Shown here piece after piece: positions 1 through 11,188 of a stretch of DNA of 64,000 nt. The notes under the pieces are model-generated. The model ran no database searches. It had not been told where the DNA came from and saw only the letters and a program-made list of their open reading frames with translations. Positions within the stretch are counted from its first letter, which is position 1, and every line of letters starts with the position of its first letter. Made by a program: the position numbers and the translations under genes. Origin of the DNA: Eledone cirrhosa (Eukaryota); contig OZ024757.1 of the NCBI GenBank assembly GCA_964016885.1, positions 8,928,001 to 8,992,000 of the forward strand, in the 5' to 3' direction.

Positions 1-3000
1 GCCACCGCTACAGCACCATCACTACAGTAATACGGCTCAAATATTCAAATATTCAACTTTGTATTGTACACTGTATATCCAAAAAAAAATAAAATGGCTA
101 TAAATGGAAGAAGAAGAACCCCCCCCCCCCTCCTCTCCTCTGGCTACACTATATAGGACAGCGAAACTCACCAACACCAGAAACTAGATACACCACCCAC
201 CCCATCATCTGTGTACACTAAACACAACAGCATTTTCACCTTCACCGCCACCGCTCACTACGGCCATCATTACCACCACTATCCCATCACCGCCGCCACC
301 ACCCCCTGACTCCTTCACTGCTGCTGCCACCGCTACAGCACCATCACTACAGTAATACGGTCGCATCAGCGCCACCACTGCCTCGGTATCGACATCACCA
401 CCACCACTGTCTCAGTATCGCCAACGCCGCCAGCCTCTGCTGGCTACCACTTCCACATTATAGAATTCCTACTACTAACAAAGAGGAAGGCATCAAAATA
501 TATAGATAGACTCAAAAGAAAAAAGAAAAAACAAACAACAAAAGCAGCACAGCAACAACAGTAAAAAACGAGAAAAACAGAGAAAAACAAAAACAAAAAA
601 AGAAACCCCAAAAACGTAAAGAAAATAAGAATGAAGAGAGAAGCAGGCGGACGGACAGAGAAGAGGGGGGAAAAAGTAAAACTTAAAAAACAAAAACTAA
701 GTCAGACATTCGAATACTACATTACAATGAAACTTATGCTTATTCATTTTTGGGGCCCTTTCTGCCCGTGTGTTTGTTTGTTTATGTGTGTCCGTATACA
801 GCGTGGTGATAATGCCACACAAGGGCCAAGTGGGATGGCGGATCCACAGATGGCTATGTAAACATACATTCGCCAATCCTCGATAAGAGTGTTTAAATAT
901 CGAACATAAACAGTTCGAATAACGGTGAAATGGAGACTAGAACGTCATGTGACAGACTCTCACCCAACAGGTGCCCCCTGGCTCAGCAGCAGGAACCTGA
1001 CTGTCAACCAAATACTGCTGATGTTGGAGGAAGAAGAAGAAGGAAAGGGGCCAGAACCAACTGGACGAAATAATTGAATAGAACTGTTATGCAATGCTAC
1101 CTGAAAAGTAACCCCAAGGAGAGGGGCTACAGGAGACGGATGCATAACATCTGGAACGAGATTGGTTTATTTAAATTAGATGAACAAAAATTGGCCGGGC
1201 AGGCTCGGGTAATAAGAACTAATGGGTGGATAAGCGAGCTGGAACTGGAGGAACTGAGCAGAGAGAATGGCTTGGAGATGGCGGGTGTAGTATGCCAGAC
1301 AAGCGAGCCGGCGGGAAATGAAGGTGAGGAGGTCCTGAGAACGGAGGAACCACCCGAAGCAGACAATGATCTGAATACTGAGATAAATAATACCTGGAAC
1401 AGAGATACGGCCACTGAGGAGATGAATGCTGACGGGCTAGGACAAGATTCGGTTGACATCCTAAATTTAGTGGTAGATGAGTTGAACAATGATAGTGGGA
1501 GACCTATGAACCTAAGATTTGTAGACAGGAAAAAGTTAAAAGAAACAACAGCTAAGTTAAACAAAGTCATCCCATACCTTGAGGCGAGGAGTCTTCACCA
1601 GTGCAACAATATCCTCAAAGCAACAGCAAATACGGTGAGGAAACTACTTGGTATAAAAGCGAGAGGAAACAACAGACAAGAAAGAGCAGAGCCGTGGTGG
1701 AAGAAGCGACTGAGTGGGCAAATCGGGGAAATGAGAAATGACATAGGAAAGCTTGAGTCACTACTGAATGGGACACTAAAAAACATAGGCACTAAAAATA
1801 GACTGGAAATAAAATACAAAACTAGGAGTAAAAAGCTAAATATTATCATAGAGGAATTGAAGCAACGCATTGTAGCAAAGAGTGCCAAAATCAGGCGATA
1901 CGAGAACAGAGTCAGTCAGTATAAACAGAACCGCATGTTCGACAACAACCAGAAGATGCTGTTTGGACAGCTTGAGGGGAAAGAAAGAGGCAACGACTTG
2001 ATCCCTGGGGCGGAACAAGCTAAAACATTCTGGAGAGGAATATGGGAGCAGGATGTTAGACACATTGCCCAGGCAGGGTGGATTGAGACAGTACAGAGGG
2101 AGATCGGTGAGCAGGCACAGCAACAGACTGATTTGAGTATCACAGTTGAAACTCTTAAGGGGCAAGCCAAAAAACTAACCAACTGGAAATCACCAGGCCC
2201 AGATGGTGTGCAGGGGTATTGGATTAAACATTTAACATCCCTCCACCCGAAGCTGACGGCCATGTTCAATGACTGCTTGGTGTCGGGTGAGGTGCCAGAG
2301 TGGTTGACAAAAGGTACCACAGTTCTGATAATGAAAGACCGAATCAAGGGTAATGATGTTACCAACTATAGACCTATCACATGTCTGCCCGTAATGTGGA
2401 AACTGTTGACGAGCATTGTGTCTGAGGAAATCTACCATCACCTCCACACAAACAACTTGTTGCCGGACGAACAGAAAGGATGCCGAAAGAAGTCACGTGG
2501 TACAAAGGACCAGTTGTTTATTGATAAGATGGTAATGGGGAATTGCAGGAGGAGACACACTGATCTTGCCATGGGATGGATAGACTACAGAAAGGCATTT
2601 GACATGGTGCCTCATTCCTGGATCACCAAAAGCCTGGAGATCTTCAGGGTGGCAGATAACATCAGACAGGTGCTGGGCAGGAGTATGGGGTCCTGGGAGA
2701 CAGAGTTGACATCAACTGGAGTATCCTTGGGAAGCGTGAAGATCAAGAGAGGTATCTTCCAGGGAGATAGCCTGTCCCCTCTGTTGTTTGTCCTTGCCCT
2801 GATGCCCTTGACCATTATGCTGCGAAAAGTGAGAGCAGGATACAAGTTGGGAAGGGGAGAGCTTACCATCAATCACCTCCTCTTCATGGACGATCTTAAG
2901 CTCTTCGGGAAAAGTGAGAAGGAGTTGGATGTGCTTGTTGACACTGTCCGTATTTTCAGCAGTGATATATGTATGCAGTTTGGTATTGGTAAATGTGGAG

Positions 3001-4396
3001 TCATTGTGATGAGGAGGGGTAGGTTGAGCAGAAGTAACGGGATCCAGATACCAACAGGTGAGATGATAAAGGAAATTGACTCTGAGGAAGGATACAAGTA
3101 TTTGGGCGTTCTGGAGGCTGATGGCATAAAGAACAAAAAAATGAAGGAATTGTTAAGAACTGAATACATTCGGAGAGTAAGGAGCGTATTGAAGTCACAT
3201 CTGAACAGCAGAAATGCCATAAGCGCAGTAAATTCCCGAGCTGTGTCTATTATTAGGTACAGTGCGGGAATTCTGAGATGGAATGTTGCTGAACAAAAAG
3301 AAATGGATAGGAAGACTAGGAAGCTATTGACTATCTACAACATGTTCCACAAGAGGAGTGATGTCGATAGACTCTACCTAAGGAGATCTGAGGGTGGAAG
3401 AGGTCTTATCAGCATAGAGGACTGTGTTCAGATGGAGAAAAACAACCTATACAAATACGTGACCTATAGTAAGGAGCCAATGCTCAGAGCTGTACTGAAG
3501 GAGGGGACAGTAGGCCAGGGGATACCCAAGGAGGAAATAACATCAAGGAGGAAGAGCAGCCTTAAGGGAAAATCCCTTCATAGTACCTTCTTTGAGAAAA
3601 CTGAATTTAGAGATCCACAGACATGGAACTGGTTGAGAAGAGGAGACCTCAAAAAGGCTACAGAAGGAATGCTAATGGCTGCGCAGGAGCAGGCCCTCAA
3701 AACGAAGTGGTTGAAGCACCATATCTATAAGGAGGAGGCTAGCCCACTGTGCAGGATCTGTGGAGAAAGAGAGGAGACTGTGGCTCACATTTTGTCCGAG
3801 TGTAAACACCTAGCCCAGACCCACTATAAGGGCTGGAGACACGATGTGATGGGCAGGGTGATCCACTGGCACCTGTGCAAAGTAAACAATCTACCACATT
3901 CTGAGAAATGGTATGAGCATAGGCCAGAGGCGGTGATGGAGAACAGTCAGGTGAAGGTGCTGTGGGATTTTAGGATACAGAAGGACAAAAAACTGGAACA
4001 CAATAGACCTGACCTGGTGGTTGTGGACAAAGAAAAAAGATCGTGCCTGATTGTGGATGTGGCCTGCCCGTTCGACACGAGAGTGCAAGAGAAGGAGAGG
4101 GAGAAAATTAACCGATACCAGGACCTAAAGTGGGAGGTGAAAAGGATTTGGAACTGCCATGAAGTCAAAGTGATCCCGATTGTCATAGGCGCACTGGGGA
4201 CTATCTCCAAAGGTTTCCAGGGATGGTTAAAGAAAATCGGCCCCTTCACGCTTTTTGGAACGCTTCAAAAGGCATGCTTGCTTGGAACGGCAAGAACCCT
4301 CCGATACGTCCTGAATATCTGAGGCTGCAGGTAGTGGCTTGATATTCAATCCAACGGACTTTCCAGTTAACCAACATCAATGACTGAGATTCAAGG
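1..4396 (+). mobile_element. R4/Dong-clade non-LTR retrotransposon, family A, copy A1 (near full length; 5' UTR runs off the window start)
   Basis: Single long RT plus restriction-like endonuclease ORF, a ~75-bp 3' UTR and an (AAT)n tail at 4397-4429. Region 1-900 is homologous to the 5' UTR of the copy at 11189-12762. Confidence 0.92.
1074..4322 (+). CDS. R4/Dong polyprotein: N-terminal Myb-like region, reverse transcriptase, CCHC knuckle, PD-(D/E)xK endonuclease
   Basis: Motifs YRPITCL, IDYRKAFD, GIFQGDSLSP, HLLFMDDLKLF, CRICGEREETVAHILSEC and RPDLVVVD..IVDV..EKINRY. The frame extends upstream to an ATG at 930 but is cut by TAA at 1071-1073 (GAA in copy A4). Confidence 0.92.
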   Translation: MNRTVMQCYLKSNPKERGYRRRMHNIWNEIGLFKLDEQKLAGQARVIRTNGWISELELEELSRENGLEMAGVVCQTSEPAGNEGEEVLRTEEPPEADNDLNTEINNTWNRDTATEEMNADGLGQDSVDILNLVVDELNNDSGRPMNLRFVDRKKLKETTAKLNKVIPYLEARSLHQCNNILKATANTVRKLLGIKARGNNRQERAEPWWKKRLSGQIGEMRNDIGKLESLLNGTLKNIGTKNRLEIKYKTRSKKLNIIIEELKQRIVAKSAKIRRYENRVSQYKQNRMFDNNQKMLFGQLEGKERGNDLIPGAEQAKTFWRGIWEQDVRHIAQAGWIETVQREIGEQAQQQTDLSITVETLKGQAKKLTNWKSPGPDGVQGYWIKHLTSLHPKLTAMFNDCLVSGEVPEWLTKGTTVLIMKDRIKGNDVTNYRPITCLPVMWKLLTSIVSEEIYHHLHTNNLLPDEQKGCRKKSRGTKDQLFIDKMVMGNCRRRHTDLAMGWIDYRKAFDMVPHSWITKSLEIFRVADNIRQVLGRSMGSWETELTSTGVSLGSVKIKRGIFQGDSLSPLLFVLALMPLTIMLRKVRAGYKLGRGELTINHLLFMDDLKLFGKSEKELDVLVDTVRIFSSDICMQFGIGKCGVIVMRRGRLSRSNGIQIPTGEMIKEIDSEEGYKYLGVLEADGIKNKKMKELLRTEYIRRVRSVLKSHLNSRNAISAVNSRAVSIIRYSAGILRWNVAEQKEMDRKTRKLLTIYNMFHKRSDVDRLYLRRSEGGRGLISIEDCVQMEKNNLYKYVTYSKEPMLRAVLKEGTVGQGIPKEEITSRRKSSLKGKSLHSTFFEKTEFRDPQTWNWLRRGDLKKATEGMLMAAQEQALKTKWLKHHIYKEEASPLCRICGEREETVAHILSECKHLAQTHYKGWRHDVMGRVIHWHLCKVNNLPHSEKWYEHRPEAVMENSQVKVLWDFRIQKDKKLEHNRPDLVVVDKEKRSCLIVDVACPFDTRVQEKEREKINRYQDLKWEVKRIWNCHEVKVIPIVIGALGTISKGFQGWLKKIGPFTLFGTLQKACLLGTARTLRYVLNI

Positions 4397-4429
4397 AATA
4401 ACAATAACAATAATAATAATAATAATAAT

Positions 4430-5788
4430 GGAATCCAGATACCAACAGGTGAAATGATAAAGGAAATTGACTCTGAGGAAGGATACAAGTATTTGGGAGT
4501 TCTGGAGGCTGATGGCATAAAGAACAAAAAAATGAAGGAATTGTTAAGAACTGAATACATTCGGAGAATAAGGAGCGTATTGAAGTCACATCTGAACAGC
4601 AGAAATGCCATAAGCGCAGTAAATTCCCGAGCTGTGTCTATTATTAGGTGCAGTGCGGGAATTCTGAGATGGAATGTTGCTGAACAAAAAGAAATGGATA
4701 GGAAGACTAGGAAGCTATTGACTATCTACAACATGTTCCACAAGAGGAGTGATGTCGATAGACTCTACCTAAGGAGATCTGAGGGTGGAAGAGGTCTTAT
4801 CAGCATAGAGGACAGTGTTCAGATGGAGAAAAACAACCTATACAAATACGTGACTGATAGTAAGGAGCCAATGCTCAGAACTGTACTGAAGGAGGGGACA
4901 GTAGGCCAGGGGATGTCCAAGGAGGAAATAACATCAAGGAGAAAAAGCAGCCTTCAGGGAAAATCCCTTCATAGTACCTTCCTTTGAGAAAACTGAATTT
5001 ACAGATCCGCAGACATGGAACTGGTTGAGAAGAGGAGACCTCAAAAAGGCTACAGAATGAATGCTAATGGCTGCGCAGGAGCAGGCCCTCAAAACGAAGT
5101 GGTTGAAGCACCATGTTTACAAGGAGGAGGCTAGCACACTCTGCAGGATCTGTGGAGAGAGAGAGGAGACTGTGGCTCACATTGTATCCGAGTGTAAACA
5201 CCTAGCCCAGACCCACTATAAGGGCTGGAGACATGATGTGATGGGCAGGGTGATCCACTGGCACCTGTGCAAAGTAAACAATTTACCACATTCTGAGAAA
5301 TGGTATGAGCATAGGCCAGAAGCGGTGACGGAGAACGATCAGGTGAAGGTGCTGTGGGATTTTAGGATACAGACGGACAAGAAACTGGAACACAATAGAC
5401 CTGACCTGGTGGTTGTGGACAAAGAAAAAAGATCGTGTCTGATTGTGGATGTGGCCTGCCCATTCGACACGAGAGTGCAAGAGAAGGAGAGGGAGAAAAT
5501 TAACCGATACCAGGACCTAAAGTGGGAGGTAAAAAGGATTTGGAACTGCCATGAAGTCAAAGTGATCCCGATTGTCATAGGCGCACTAGGGACTATCTCC
5601 AAAAGTTTCCAGGGATGGTTAAAGAAAATCGGCCTCTTCACGCTTTTTGGAACGCTTCAAAAGGCATGCTTGCTGGGAACAGCAAGAACCCTCCGATACG
5701 TCCTGAATATCTGAGGCTGCAGGTAGTGGCTTGATATTCATTCCAACGGACTTTCCAGTTAACCAACATCAATGACTGAGATTCAAGG
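4430..5788 (+). mobile_element. 5'-truncated R4/Dong family A copy A2 (disabled)
   Basis: Matches A1 from ~3039 to the 3' end. Frameshift near 4981, TGA at 5058-5060, (AAT)n tail 5789-5836. Confidence 0.92.
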
Positions 5789-5797
5789 AATAACAAC

Positions 5798-5836
<39 letters not shown>

Positions 5837-7774
5837 TCAAAATATCCCCCGTTGTCAGGAGGTTTTTGTCATTCAGTATGAAAACATGGAAAACGACACT
5901 CCTTTTGAATAGTGAAACAAAATCACTGGAAGCTGGAGAGGTTAATATTAATTGTGGAATTTTTCAGGGTGACTCTTTATCACCGCTTTTATTCAGCATC
6001 GCACATATACCATTAAGTAAAATGCTCAATGAAACAAAACATGGATATAAAGTCTATGACAAAACCATTAATCACCTGTTCTACATGGATGACCTGAAAC
6101 TATTTGCAATAAATGATGAACAATTGCAAGGTCTATTATCCACTGTGGAGCAGTTCAGTGATGACATTAAAATGGAGTTTGGACTAGATAAATGCGCCAA
6201 AGCAACGTTCACCAGAGGAAAGCTGCTGAAGAGTTCAGACATTAATCTTGATCGGGGGAACGTGATAAGAGAACTTGATCAAGAAAAAACTTACAAATAT
6301 CTAGGTGTTTGTGAAGGAGACGGAATCAAGCACTCGACAATGTGGGAAAGGATAAGGAAGGAATGTTACCGCAGAGTAAGAACAATCTTAAGAACGGAAT
6401 TGAATGCAAGGAATAGGATCGATGCCATAAACACGCTTGCCATACCAGTAGTAACCTACAGTTACAATGTCATCAACTGGTCAAGCACAGAGATCCGTAG
6501 GCTCGATACAAAAATTCGAAAATTCTTAACCATGCACAGAATCATCACCATAAGGCAGATATAGATAGAATATACCTCCCTAGGAAAGAAGGAGGACGTG
6601 GGTTAATCCAGTTAGACATTGCGTTGAAAACTGCAACAATTGGATTATCTACATATCTAAGGGAATCACATGATTGGATGATCAAACTCGTTTTGAAACA
6701 CGAAAGCATTAAAAGATCATATTCCATTACAAAAGATGCACAAAGATACAGTAATGGACTACAAATTTCAGAAGTCCCATTTACTGGTGAAATGGAAAAC
6801 ACAGAAAAAGCAAAGCAGGTAAAAGTAACTGCAAAGAAAGAACTGCTACAGAAACTGGCTAAGAAATGGCAAGAAAAGCCTCTATATGGAAAATACGCAG
6901 AGCGAGCTAACAATCCTGATGTTGACAAAACTTTAACCCATCAGTGGTTGGCATCCTCTGGACTGAAATCGGAGACTGAAGGACTGATTATATCAGCACA
7001 AGATCAGTGTCTGCCAACAAAAAATTACCAAGCCAACATAATAAAAAATGGGTGCAGCCCATTATGCCGTGTATGCAAAAAACAACCAGAGAGCATTGAC
7101 CATATAATTTCAATGTGCAGTCCTATAGCTCCAACCAAATACCTAAACAGGCATGACAGAGCTGCACAATACATACATTGGATAATGTGTAAGCATTTTG
7201 ACCTGCCCCATCAAAAGAATTGGTGGGAGCATCAACCACCTCCCATAGTTGAAAAAGATCACATCTCAATCTTGTGGAACTTTAGCATCCATACAGACCG
7301 AAAAATAGATGCAAATAGACCTGATATAATATTGAAGGACTTTAAAAAGAGGGTATGCCTGCTAATTGATATGTCTGTTCCAATAGACAAGAATGTATCT
7401 ATAAAAACATTTTAAAAATTGAGCAAGTATAAGGACCTGGAGATAGAAATTGGAAAAATGTGGAAATTGAGAACTAAAAGAATACCAGTAGTTGTAGGCG
7501 CTCTCGGAATGATACCTAAGGGGTCTAATGATTACTTATCGCAAATCCCAGGAAACCCGCGTATAGGAGAAATACAAAAGAGAGTACTAATGGGAACTGC
7601 CCATATACTAAGGAAGATTCTGTCAATATAAGTACATCACAAGTCTAAACACTAAAGATGCATGTGTGAGTATGTATGTTCTTTCTTGAACATGGCGTAC
7701 CTTGTTGTCTCTTGAGGGCACTGGTTGTGACTTGGTGATAACTCGTATGAACATAAAGCAAGATAAATGCAACT

Positions 7775-7775
<1 letters not shown>
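5837..7775 (+). mobile_element. 5'-truncated R4/Dong family B copy B1 (disabled)
   Basis: Motifs GIFQGDSLSP, HLFYMDDLKLF, CRVCKKQPESIDHIISMC and RPDIILKD. Protein and 3' UTR are clearly different from family A. Frameshift near 6542, stop at 7413-7415, tail 7776-7824. Confidence 0.9.
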
Positions 7776-7824
<49 letters not shown>

Positions 7825-7825
<1 letters not shown>

Positions 7826-9183
7826 GAATCCAGATACCAACAGGTGAAATGATAAAGGAAATTGACTCTGAGGAAGGATACAAGTATTTGGGAGTTCTGG
7901 AGGCTGATGGCATAAAGAACAAAAAAATGAAGGAATTGTTAAGAACTGAATACATTCGGAGAATAAGGAGCGTATTGAAGTCACATCTGAACAGCAGAAA
8001 TGCCATAAGAGCAGTAAATTCCCGAGATGTGTCTATTATTAGGTACAGTGCGGGAATTCTGAGATGGAATGTTGCTGAACAAAAAGAAATGGATAGGAAG
8101 ACTAGGAAGCTATTGACTATCTACAACATGTTCCACAAGAGGAGTGATGTCGATAGACTCTACCTAAGGAGATCTGAGGGTGGAAGAGGTCTTATCAGCA
8201 TAGAGGACAGTGTTCAGATGGAGAAAAACAACCTATACAAATACGTGACTGATAGTAAGGAGCCAATGCTCAGAACTGTACTGAAGGAGGGGACAGTAGG
8301 CCAGGGGATGTCCAAAGAGGAAATAACATCAAGGAGAAAAAGCAGCCTTCAGGGAAAATCCCTTCATAGTACCTTCCTTTGAGAAAACTGAATTTACAGA
8401 TCCACAGACATGGAACTGGTTGAGAAGAGGAGACCTCAAAAAGGCTACAGAATGAATGCTAATGGCTGCGCAGGAGCAGGCCCTCAAAACGAAGTGGTTG
8501 AAGCACCATGTTTACAAGGAGGAGGCTAGCACACTCTGCAGGATCTGTGGAGAGAGAGAGGAGACTGTGGCTCACATTGTATCCGAGTGTAAACACCTAG
8601 CCCAGACCCACTATAAGGGCTGGAGACATGATGTGATGGGCAGGGTGATCCACTGGCACCTGTGCAAAGTAAACAATTTACCACATTCTGAGAAATGGTA
8701 TGAGCATAGGCCAGAGGCGGTGACGGAGAACGATCAGGTGAAGGTGCTGTGGGATTTTAGGATACAGACGGACAAGAAACTGGAACACAATAGACCTGAC
8801 CTGGTGGTTGTGGACAAAGAAAAAAGATCGTGTCTGATTGTGGATGTGGCCTGCCCATTCGACACGAGAGTGCAAGAGAAGGAGAGGGAGAAAATTAACC
8901 GATACCAGGACCTAAAGTGGGAGGCAAAAAGGATTTGGAACTGCCATGAAGTCAAAGTGATCCCGATTGTCATAGGCGCACTAGGGACTATCTCCAAAAG
9001 TTTCCAGGGATGGTTAAAGAAAATCGGCCCCTTCACGCTTTTTGGAACGCTTCAAAAGGCATGCTTGCTGGGAACAGCAAGAACCCTCCGATACGTCCTG
9101 AATATCTGAGGCTGCAGGTAGTGGCTTGATATTCATTCCAACGGACTTTCCAGTTAACCAACATCAATGACTGAGATTCAAGG
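7825..9183 (+). mobile_element. 5'-truncated R4/Dong family A copy A3
   Basis: Same 5' breakpoint, frameshift and TGA as A2. Tail 9184-9228. Confidence 0.92.
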
Positions 9184-9192
9184 AATAACAAC

Positions 9193-9228
<36 letters not shown>

Positions 9229-11168
9229 TCAAAATATCCCCCGTTGTCAGGAGGTTTTTGTCATTCAGTATGAAAACATGGAAAACGACACTCCTTTTGA
9301 ATAGTGAAACAAAATCACTGGAAGCTGGAGAGGTTAATATTAATTGTGGAATTTTTCAGGGTGACTCTTTATCACCGCTTTTATTCTGCATCGCACATAT
9401 ACCATTAAGTAAAATGCTCAATGAAACAAAACATGGATATAAAGTCTATGACAAAACCATTAATCACCTGTTCTACATGGATGACCTGAAACTATTTGCA
9501 ATAAATGATGAACAATTGCAAGGTCTATTATCCACTGTGGAGCAGTTCAGTGATGACATTAAAATGGAGTTTGGACTAGATAAATGCGCCAAAGCAACGT
9601 TCACCAGAGGAAAGCTGCTGAAGAGTTCAGACATTAATCTTGATCGGGGGAACGTGATAAGAGAACTTGATCAAGAAAAAACTTACAAATATCTAGGTGT
9701 TTGTGAAGGAGACGGAATCAAGCACTCGACAATGAGGGAAAGGATAAGGAAGGAATGTTACCGCAGAGTCAGAGCAATCTTAAGAACGGAATTGAATGCA
9801 AGGAATAGGATCGATGCCATAAACACGCTTGCCATACCAGTAGAAACCTACAGTTACAATGTCATCAACTGGTCAAGCACAGAGATCCATAGGCTCGATA
9901 CAAAAATTCGAAAATTCTTAACCATGCACAGAATGCATCACCCTAAGGCAGATATAGATAGAATATATCTCCCTAGGAAAGAAGGAGGACGTGGGTTAAT
10001 CCAGTTAGACATTGCGTTGAAAACTGCAACAATTGGATTATCTACATATCTAAGGGAATCACATGATTGGATGATCAAACTCGTTTTGAAACACGAAAGC
10101 ATCAAAAGATCATATTCCATTACAAAAGATGCACAAAGATACAGTAATGGACTACAAATTTCAGAAGTCCCATTTACTGCTGAAATGGAAAACACAGAAA
10201 AAGCAAAACAAGTAAAAGTAACTGCAAAGAAAGAACTGCTACAGAAACTGGCTAAGAAATGGCAAGAAAAGCCTCTATATGGAAAATACCCAGAGCGAGC
10301 TAACAATCCTGATGTTGACAAAACTTTAACCCATCAGTGGTTGGCATCCTCTGGACTGAAATCGGAGACTGAAGGACTGATTATATCAGCACAAGATCAG
10401 TGTCTGCCAACAAAAAATTACCAAGCCAACATAATAAAAAATGGGTGCAGCCCATTATGCCGTGTATGCAAAAAACAACCAGAGAGCATTGACCATATCA
10501 TTTCAATGTGCAGTCCTATAGCTCCAACCGAATACCTAAACAGGCATGACAGAGCTGCACAATACATACATTGGATAATGTGTAAGCATTTTGACCTGCC
10601 CCATCAAAAGAATTGGTGGGAGCATCAACCACCTCCCATACTTGAAAAAGATCACATCTCAATCTTGTGGAACTTTAGCATCCAAACAGACCGAAAAATA
10701 GATGCAAATAGACCTGATATAATATTGAAGGACTTTCAAAAGAGGGTATGACTGCTAATTGATATGTCTGTTCCAATAGACAAGAATGTATCTATAAAAA
10801 CATTTGAAAAATTTAGCAAGTATAAGGACCTGGAGATAGAAATTGGAAAAATGTGGAAATTGAGTACTAAAACAATACCAGTGGTTGTAGGCGCTCTGGG
10901 AATGATACCTAAGGAGTCTAATGATTACTTATCGCAAATCCCAGGAAACCCGCGTATAGGAGAAATACAAAAGAGAGTACTAATGGGAACTGCCCATATA
11001 CTAAGGAAGATTCTGTCAATATAAGTACATCACAAGTCTAAACACCAAAGATGCATGTGTGAGTATGTATGTTCTTTCTTGAACATGGCGGAGCTTGTTG
11101 TCTCTTGAGGTCACTGGTTGTGACTTGGTGATAACTCGTATGAACATAAAGCAAGATAAATGCAACTG
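9229..11168 (+). mobile_element. 5'-truncated R4/Dong family B copy B2
   Basis: Same 5' breakpoint as B1. ORF 9258-10751 ends at an internal TGA and the frame continues to 11024. Tail 11169-11188. Confidence 0.9.
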
Positions 11169-11188
11169 TAATAATAATAATAATAATA

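Noticed and set aside
865-935. tcctcg motif suggesting an HDV-like ribozyme in the Dong 5' region
   Set aside because: The flanking bases cannot form P3 or P1, and the motif overlaps the ORF start rather than the element 5' end.
7702-8382. 226-aa ORF with poly-Asn fused to an RT C-terminal segment
   Set aside because: Chance read-through from the B1 3' UTR across (AAT)n into truncated, frameshifted A3, starting at a non-ATG codon.
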